Shown here in pieces: positions 57,912 through 64,000 of a stretch of 64,000 bases of DNA. A model generated the notes under the pieces. The model was not told where the DNA came from. It searched no databases and saw nothing but the letters and a program-made list of their open reading frames with translations. Source of the DNA: a virus; the IMG/VR virus record IMGVR_UViG_3300021092_000008, one strand, 5' to 3'. The translations under genes and the position numbers were made by a program. The first letter of the stretch is position 1. The number at the start of each line of letters is the position of its first letter.

Positions 57912-58573
57912 ATGAAATGATGGCAGGAGATGGAGCATCTCTGTCTATGCCACCAGCATTTGTATTTGTTAAAACAAGATCTAATCGTGCTTACAAAAAA
58001 CCTGTGAAAAAATTAGCCTCTCGTATTTCCAAACGTAAAAAAATGAAAGAAGAACTAGAACAAGTTATTTCTGAAGCAGTGCCCTCAGAAACCGAGAGAG
58101 CACAAAAACAGATTGGGCAAATGAAGAAGCTCAATCGTCAGAAAGATTTACAGAAAAAGCGTGACGAAGCTAAAAAGAAAATGCAGAACAAAACCAGAGA
58201 AATGGATGTTCTCATGAAAGCTCGTCTTGCTGATTTTAAAAAGAAAGCTTCTGATCAACAGAAGCGTGTACAACAAAAAAACTCTTATGAACCTGAAGGT
58301 GAAATTATGAACGAATCGACAAACACAATGGATGCTCTTGAAGTTGCTCTTCACGTTGCTACATCAGAACTAAATCCAAGAGGAGAAGCTGATTTCGCTA
58401 AGATTCAATTTAATGATGGCAGTGTACAAAACCTAGATAATTTTTCGGCAAAAAGAATTGCTGCTGCTTATGCTCAACTAGACGATACAAACAAAGATAC
58501 GTATCGTTATATGTTAAACAAAGATGCTGCTACATTCCAAAGTGCCCTTGAATTTGCTGTAAGAAACGTTTAA
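57884..58573 (+). CDS. Hypothetical coiled-coil, basic protein
   Basis: 229 aa ORF; the start is uncertain (57884 or a downstream ATG). Confidence 0.7.
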   Translation: MSESTESNLNEMMAGDGASLSMPPAFVFVKTRSNRAYKKPVKKLASRISKRKKMKEELEQVISEAVPSETERAQKQIGQMKKLNRQKDLQKKRDEAKKKMQNKTREMDVLMKARLADFKKKASDQQKRVQQKNSYEPEGEIMNESTNTMDALEVALHVATSELNPRGEADFAKIQFNDGSVQNLDNFSAKRIAAAYAQLDDTNKDTYRYMLNKDAATFQSALEFAVRNV

Positions 58574-58586
58574 CAACGAGGTAAAT

Positions 58587-58982
58587 ATGTTTGGATTTGG
58601 TAACAGCGTAAGTGTTCTAGAAGCCAAGTTTCAGATATATGAAGATCTCTCTAAGGAGATGCTTGACAAACTTGAGAGAGCAGTTGATAAAATCAGTGAG
58701 GGCAACCAGAATGTTGCTCTTATACTAGAGCGTCACGAGAATAGATTAGAACAAGTAGATAAAGCAGACGCAGCAATTTTAGAATTAATTAAAGGAATTA
58801 ATACCAAACTAGACAAACTTGAAAAAAGAATTGATGAACTTTCAAAGTTTCGTTGGATGACTGTTGGCATCGCTACTGCTGCTACTGTTGTTATTGGTTC
58901 AGCTACATTCTTTGGTAATATCTTGACAGTAGGAAAAACAGGTGCTACAGTAGGAGGGCAATCCATCCAACAATTGAAATGA
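58587..58982 (+). CDS. Coiled-coil protein with a C-terminal transmembrane segment
   Basis: Heptads, then FRW followed by hydrophobic MTVGIATAATVVIG; GAGG RBS. Confidence 0.75.
   Translation: MFGFGNSVSVLEAKFQIYEDLSKEMLDKLERAVDKISEGNQNVALILERHENRLEQVDKADAAILELIKGINTKLDKLEKRIDELSKFRWMTVGIATAATVVIGSATFFGNILTVGKTGATVGGQSIQQLK
58923..58951 (+). promoter_or_regulatory. Sigma70-type promoter for primase, inside the upstream CDS
   Basis: TTGACA (58923-58928), 17 bp spacer ending in TGC, TACAGT (58946-58951). Confidence 0.65.
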
Positions 58983-59977
58983 GTTATATTGATGTAAAGT
59001 ATGTTGGACTAATATCTCCATATCTTCAAAAATTTGTAAAGAAAAAAGAATCTCTTTATAACTTTCGTTGCCCTTACTGTGGTGATAGCAAGAAGCGTAA
59101 GGATAAAGCAAGAGGTTATATCTTTAAAGTTAAAAATGATTTGGTATTTAAATGCCACAACTGTGGTGTTGGGAGAACGTTTACTAACTTCTTAAAAGAT
59201 CAAAATAAGATCTTGTACGATCAGTATGTGATGGAAAGGTATAAAGAAGGTTTGACTGGAAAAGCAACCGTAACGCCAAATCCCACCTTTAATTTTCAGG
59301 AACCTAAATTTTTAAATAAGAATGAAAATTTGGAAGAATTGAAAAAGATCTCGGAACTAAATATTACACACCCAGCAAGGGAGTATTTGGAAAGTAGAAA
59401 AATTAAAGATTTAGATTACTTTTATTATTGTCCCAAATTTAAAGAATGGACAAACTCCCACATCAAAGTATTTGATACCTTGAGAAAGGATAGTCCCAGA
59501 ATAATTATTCCACTCAAGGACAAGCAAGGAAATATGTTTGGATTCCAAGGAAGATCCTTGGCACCGATGGCTAAATTGAGATACATTACTATAATGATAC
59601 AAGAAGATCAACCTAAAATTTTTGGGTTAGATCGTGTAAATACAACGAGAAATGTTTATGTTACGGAAGGTCCCTTCGATTCAATGTTCATTGACAACAG
59701 CATTGCAATGTGTGGCAGTGACGTTGTACTTGATAGGATACAGTTTCCTAATTGTACATTTATTTACGACAACGAACCAAGGAACAAGCAAATCGTGGAC
59801 CGTATTGACAAAACCATACGACAAAACGATAAGGTAGTTATTTGGCCATCAAATATTAAAGAAAAAGATATCAATGATATGGTCCTGGCTGGACGAGATG
59901 TTCAGCGGGTGGTAGAATCTAATACTTACCAAGGACTAGAAGCAAAAGTTAAATTAATCGAATGGAAGAAAATATGA
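58979..59977 (+). CDS. gp61: DNA primase gp61
   Basis: NFRCPYCGDS, KCHNCG, TEGPFDSMF, YDNEPRN, KDINDM motifs. Confidence 0.97.
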   Translation: MSYIDVKYVGLISPYLQKFVKKKESLYNFRCPYCGDSKKRKDKARGYIFKVKNDLVFKCHNCGVGRTFTNFLKDQNKILYDQYVMERYKEGLTGKATVTPNPTFNFQEPKFLNKNENLEELKKISELNITHPAREYLESRKIKDLDYFYYCPKFKEWTNSHIKVFDTLRKDSPRIIIPLKDKQGNMFGFQGRSLAPMAKLRYITIMIQEDQPKIFGLDRVNTTRNVYVTEGPFDSMFIDNSIAMCGSDVVLDRIQFPNCTFIYDNEPRNKQIVDRIDKTIRQNDKVVIWPSNIKEKDINDMVLAGRDVQRVVESNTYQGLEAKVKLIEWKKI

Positions 59978-62286
59978 GCAACGGGATTAAAGTTACAAAA
60001 CGTGATGGTTCTATTGAACCTCTTAATCTAGATAAACTTCATCGTATGGTTGAAGAAGCATGTGATGGAATGGCAGGTGTTTCGGCATCTCAGGTAGAAA
60101 TGAATTCTGGCATTCAATTTTATGATGGTATCACTACAGAAGAAATTCAAGAAATTCTGATTCGTTCTGCTAGCGATCTTATTTCTCTAGACAATCCTAA
60201 CTATCAATTTGTTGCTGCCAGATTACTGCTGTTCTCTTTGAGAAAGCAAGTATTTCATAAAAATATTTGGAAAGAAGGAATGCCTTCGTTATTTGATGTA
60301 GCAGCATATAATTCTACTATTATTAAAGTTTATGATGAAGAGATTCTTGACAAATATTCCGATGAAGATTGGAGTAAAATTAATAGTTGGGTTGATCATG
60401 ACCGTGACTATCTATTCTCTTATGCTGGTTTACGTCAGGTCGTTGATAAATATCTCGTGCAAGATAGAAGCAGCGGAGAAGTATTTGAAACTCCACAATA
60501 TATGTACATGATGATTGCTGTAACTCTCTTTGCTGAGTATCCGTACAGTACTAGATTAGATTACGTTCGCCGTTACTACAATGCCATCAGCAAACACAAA
60601 ATCAACATCCCAACACCAATCATGGCGGGAGTTAGAACCCCACTTAGACAATTCGCTAGTTGTGTTCTTATTGATTCTGATGACACCCTCAATAGCATCT
60701 TTAGCAGTGACATGGCTATTGGCAGGTATGTTGCTCAAAGGGCGGGCATCGGCATCAACGCAGGTAGAATCCGTGCTATCAACAGCAAGATCCGAGGTGG
60801 AGAAGTTGCTCATACAGGCGTCGTACCTTTCCTCAAAAAGTTTGAGGCAACTGTCCGATGCTGTACTCAGAATGGGATTAGAGGTGGCAGCGCGACAGTC
60901 CACTTCCCAATCTGGCACAAAGAAATAGAAGATATTATTGTACTAAAAAATAATAAAGGAACTGAAGATAACCGAGTTCGTAAGTTAGATTACTCTATTC
61001 AAGTCAGCAAACTGTTCTATGAAAGGTTTATTCAAAATCAAACCATCTCGCTTTTTTCACCTCATGATGTTCCTAACCTTTATGAGAATTTTGGGACCAG
61101 TGGTTTTGATGATCTATACTGCCAGTATGAGTCAGACGATTCTATCCCCCGCAAAACAATCAATGCCCAAGAATTAATTTTTAGTATTCTTAAAGAACGG
61201 GCAGAAACTGGGCGCATCTATATTATGAACCTTGACCACTGTAACTCACACTCGTCATTCTTAGACAAGGTAAATATGAGTAACCTGTGTCAAGAGATTA
61301 CACTCCCCACAGATCCAATCCAACATATTGATGGTGAAGGTGAAATTGCTTTGTGTATTCTTTCTGCTATTAACATTGGTAAGTTAAAAAATCTAGATGA
61401 ACTTGAAGAGCTATGTGATCTTTCTGTACGTGGTCTAGATGAACTAATTGATTACCAAAATTATCCAGTTAAAGCAGCAGAAGTTTCTACAATTAATCGT
61501 CGTTCTCTTGGTATTGGATATATTGGTCTAGCACATTATCTTGCTCGCCATGGATTTAAATATGGAGATCCTTTGGGGTGGATTGAAGTTCATAAATTAA
61601 CTGAAGCATTCCAATACTATCTACTCAAGGCATCCAATCAACTTGCTGTAGAAAAAGGAGCATGTGGATACTTTAATCGTACTAAGTATGCCGAAGGAAT
61701 TCTTCCAATTGATACATATAAAAAGGATGTTGACGAACTAGTACCCCCCTCTTACAATTATGATTGGGAAACTCTTAGAGCATCAATCGTGGATCACGGT
61801 CTTAGGAACTCAACACTGTCGGCACAAATGCCTTCGGAAAGCAGTTCCGTTGTGTCAAATGCCACAAACGGAATTGAGCCACCTAGAGATTACTTGTCCG
61901 TTAAGAAGTCGAAGAAAGGTCCGCTCAAGCAAGTTGTTCCTCAGTACCAAACACTTAAGAATAATTACACGCTTCTTTGGGATATGCCTGACAATAGTGG
62001 TTATATTGCTATTGTTGCTGTTATGCAGAAGTTCTTTGATCAAGCAATTTCTGGAAACTGGTCATATAATCCAGAAAATTATCCCGATAATGAAGTTCCT
62101 GTGTCAGTAATTGCCAATGACTTTTTGACAACATACAAGTATGGATGGAAGACTTCTTATTATCAAAATACATATGACGTTAAAAAAGATGATGTGATTG
62201 ATGACGAAAAGAAACAAAGTATTGAAGATATGCTCAACGAAATTTTAAGTTCTCAGGAGGAAGATTGTGACAGTTGCAAGATTTAG
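59974..62286 (+). CDS. nrdA: Ribonucleotide reductase class Ia alpha subunit
   Basis: ATP cone (VTKRDG), QFASCVL, SNLCQEI, TNGIEPP and C-terminal CDSCKI; ATGA overlap start preferred. Confidence 0.98.
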   Translation: MSNGIKVTKRDGSIEPLNLDKLHRMVEEACDGMAGVSASQVEMNSGIQFYDGITTEEIQEILIRSASDLISLDNPNYQFVAARLLLFSLRKQVFHKNIWKEGMPSLFDVAAYNSTIIKVYDEEILDKYSDEDWSKINSWVDHDRDYLFSYAGLRQVVDKYLVQDRSSGEVFETPQYMYMMIAVTLFAEYPYSTRLDYVRRYYNAISKHKINIPTPIMAGVRTPLRQFASCVLIDSDDTLNSIFSSDMAIGRYVAQRAGIGINAGRIRAINSKIRGGEVAHTGVVPFLKKFEATVRCCTQNGIRGGSATVHFPIWHKEIEDIIVLKNNKGTEDNRVRKLDYSIQVSKLFYERFIQNQTISLFSPHDVPNLYENFGTSGFDDLYCQYESDDSIPRKTINAQELIFSILKERAETGRIYIMNLDHCNSHSSFLDKVNMSNLCQEITLPTDPIQHIDGEGEIALCILSAINIGKLKNLDELEELCDLSVRGLDELIDYQNYPVKAAEVSTINRRSLGIGYIGLAHYLARHGFKYGDPLGWIEVHKLTEAFQYYLLKASNQLAVEKGACGYFNRTKYAEGILPIDTYKKDVDELVPPSYNYDWETLRASIVDHGLRNSTLSAQMPSESSSVVSNATNGIEPPRDYLSVKKSKKGPLKQVVPQYQTLKNNYTLLWDMPDNSGYIAIVAVMQKFFDQAISGNWSYNPENYPDNEVPVSVIANDFLTTYKYGWKTSYYQNTYDVKKDDVIDDEKKQSIEDMLNEILSSQEEDCDSCKI

Positions 62287-63451
62287 AATAAATGTGGAAA
62301 CACACCCCCCAGTAGAGGGTATGACAGTTTTCAACACAGAAAAAATCAATACGTTAAAACAACCAATGTTTTTTGGTGCTCCATTAGGAGTTCAACGATA
62401 TGATCAATTTAAATATCCTGTGTTTGATAAACTAACACAACAGCAACTTGGATATTTCTGGAGACCTGAAGAGGTCTCCCTCCAAAAAGATCGTGCTGAT
62501 TATCAAATACTTCGTCCAGAACAAAAGCACATCTTTACTTCTAATTTAAAATATCAAATTCTTCTTGATAGTGTTCAAGGTCGTGGTCCTGGCATGGCAT
62601 TCATTCCTTATTGTTCACTACCAGAGCTGGAATCTTGTATGACAGCGTGGGAATTTATGGAAATGGTACATAGTCGTTCCTATACTTACATCATTAAAAA
62701 TGTTTATCCAGATCCATCCGAGGTTCTTGATACGATCATTGATGATGATTATATCATTCAAAGAGCTGCTAGTGTAACTGAAGCATATGATGATTTTATT
62801 CAAGCAGCACAAGATTATTCTTCTGGTAATCAATGGCAGCATCAACTTGAAGGTTGCCCAGCAGCTAAACAAACTCTATATGAATTAAAGCGTAAACTAT
62901 ATCGTGCCATCATTAATGTTAATATTCTTGAGGGTATTAGATTCTATGTTTCATTTGCTTGTTCGTTTGCTTTTGGTGAACTTAAGTTGATGGAAGGTAA
63001 TGCCAAGATCATTGGTTTGATTGCTAGGGATGAATCACAGCACCTAGTTATAACTCAAAATATTATTAACAAATGGCGTGAAGGTGATGATCCAGACATG
63101 CTTAAGATCGCTAAAGAAGAAGAACAAAATGTAATTGATATGTTTAAAAGATGTGTCGAAGAAGAAAAGATCTGGGCAGAATATCTATTTAAAGATGGAT
63201 CTATGATTGGATTAAACTCAAAACTATTACAAAAATATGTTGAGTGGATTGCTAATCGTAGAATGAAAGCAATTGGTATTAAACCAATTTTTGATGTTCC
63301 TGCTAATAGTAATCCACTGCCATGGACTGAACATTGGTTGTCTTCTAAGGGTCTTCAAGTTGCTCCACAAGAAACAGAAGTTGAGTCCTATGTCATCGGA
63401 GGAATTAAACAAGATGTTAAAAAAGATACTTTCGCTGGTTTTAAACTGTGA
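62267..63451 (+). CDS. nrdB: Ribonucleotide reductase class Ia beta subunit
   Basis: FWRPEEV, EMVHSRSY, LEGIRFYVSF, RDESQH, APQETEVESY motifs. Confidence 0.98.
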   Translation: MTVARFRINVETHPPVEGMTVFNTEKINTLKQPMFFGAPLGVQRYDQFKYPVFDKLTQQQLGYFWRPEEVSLQKDRADYQILRPEQKHIFTSNLKYQILLDSVQGRGPGMAFIPYCSLPELESCMTAWEFMEMVHSRSYTYIIKNVYPDPSEVLDTIIDDDYIIQRAASVTEAYDDFIQAAQDYSSGNQWQHQLEGCPAAKQTLYELKRKLYRAIINVNILEGIRFYVSFACSFAFGELKLMEGNAKIIGLIARDESQHLVITQNIINKWREGDDPDMLKIAKEEEQNVIDMFKRCVEEEKIWAEYLFKDGSMIGLNSKLLQKYVEWIANRRMKAIGIKPIFDVPANSNPLPWTEHWLSSKGLQVAPQETEVESYVIGGIKQDVKKDTFAGFKL

Positions 63452-63603
63452 AAAGAAAAGAGTGGGAAAAACTGATGGAGTTGAGGGAGAGGTTGCTGGA
63501 AAACAATGGACCCAACAGCCTCTCAGCAGCATGGGCGCTGTGGGCGATAGAACAAAAGATGAGAAGAATGGGAGTATCCCCGACCCTTGGTTCAACTGAA
63601 TAG
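63448..63603 (+). CDS. Small hypothetical protein (51 aa, GTG start, not in the ORF track)
   Basis: MKRKEWEKLMELRERLLENNGPNSLSAAWALWAIEQKMRRMGVSPTLGSTE; GTGA overlap with the nrdB stop. Confidence 0.5.
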   Translation: MKRKEWEKLMELRERLLENNGPNSLSAAWALWAIEQKMRRMGVSPTLGSTE

Positions 63604-63630
63604 ATAAATACCTCCATCTGGAGGTTTTTT
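63603..63630 (+). promoter_or_regulatory. Late promoter box (GATAAATA) fused to a terminator-like hairpin
   Basis: GATAAATA at 63603-63610, then ACCTCC-ATCT-GGAGGT and a T run. Confidence 0.6.
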
Positions 63631-63633
63631 ATT

Positions 63634-63975
63634 ATGAATCCAAGTTCAGCAAAAGCAAAAGGTCGCCGCCTACAACAATGGGTAAGAGATAAACTCATTG
63701 AAATGCTTGAAGTACATCCAGAAGATATAGAATCTCGTAGCATGGGAGCAGGTGGTGAAGACCTTATTATGGCTCGTGCTGCTAGGTTAAAATTCCCACA
63801 TAGTATTGAATGTAAGAACGTGGAGAAGCTAAATATATGGGACGCTTATGAACAAGCATCTGCAAACTGTGGTGACTATGAACCTATTGTTGTGATGAAA
63901 AAGAATGGCAAAAAACCATTGGTGGTGGTAGACGCAGAGTATTACATATCTTTATTTGGGGGGAAAATCGGATGA
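63634..63975 (+). CDS. PD-(D/E)xK nuclease, Holliday junction resolvase-like
   Basis: SAKAKGRRLQQ, MGAGGEDL, IECKN, AYEQA motifs. Confidence 0.8.
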   Translation: MNPSSAKAKGRRLQQWVRDKLIEMLEVHPEDIESRSMGAGGEDLIMARAARLKFPHSIECKNVEKLNIWDAYEQASANCGDYEPIVVMKKNGKKPLVVVDAEYYISLFGGKIG

Positions 63976-64000
63976 AAATCGATTTACATAACTTTTTTAA
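63972..64000 (+). CDS. Start of a gene truncated by the window edge (MKIDLHNFF...)
   Basis: ATGA overlap with the previous stop; the frame is open to the end of the window. Confidence 0.5.

Noticed and set aside
46619-63451. Introns, inteins or homing endonucleases in gp43, gp41, nrdA or nrdB
   Set aside because: All are continuous and of ordinary length, with no intein termini or endonuclease motifs seen.
63439-63451. TTTAAAC slippery-like sequence at the end of nrdB
   Set aside because: The heptamer is not in the nrdB reading phase needed for -1 slippage, and nrdB ends with a normal C-terminus.
1429-63743. Numerous minus-strand and short alternative-frame ORFs in the track
   Set aside because: Nearly all lie within or across well-supported plus-strand genes, lack RBS and recognisable motifs, and are typical shadow ORFs.

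Overview
A 64 kb segment of a T4-like cyanophage (myovirus) genome, AT-rich and coded entirely on the + strand; host-like cpeT, DUF3110-like and small cyanobacterial-type genes point to a cyanobacterial host. It opens inside a giant (at least 5317 aa, probably 5'-truncated) tail-fibre-like protein followed by a T-type bilin lyase (cpeT/cpcT). Next come the virion module (gp13-gp23, gp3), uvsY/uvsW, gp55, gp47/46, a VWA-peptidase/CobS-like AAA pair, the replication module (gp45, 44, dam, 62, regA, hsp20, gp43, uvsX, gp41), mazG, tRNA-Ser(UGA), a late cluster of poorly characterised genes, primase, nrdAB and a resolvase-like nuclease. The main finding is that the giant protein holds 12 helical domains resembling phycobiliprotein subunits, each keeping both a Cys84-like C-x-R-D motif and a beta-Cys155-like cysteine. 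These domains are nested inside each other like balanced brackets and are encoded two genes upstream of the phage's own T-type bilin lyase, suggesting a bilin-decorated virion fibre. All assignments come from reading motifs by eye; no database search was run.
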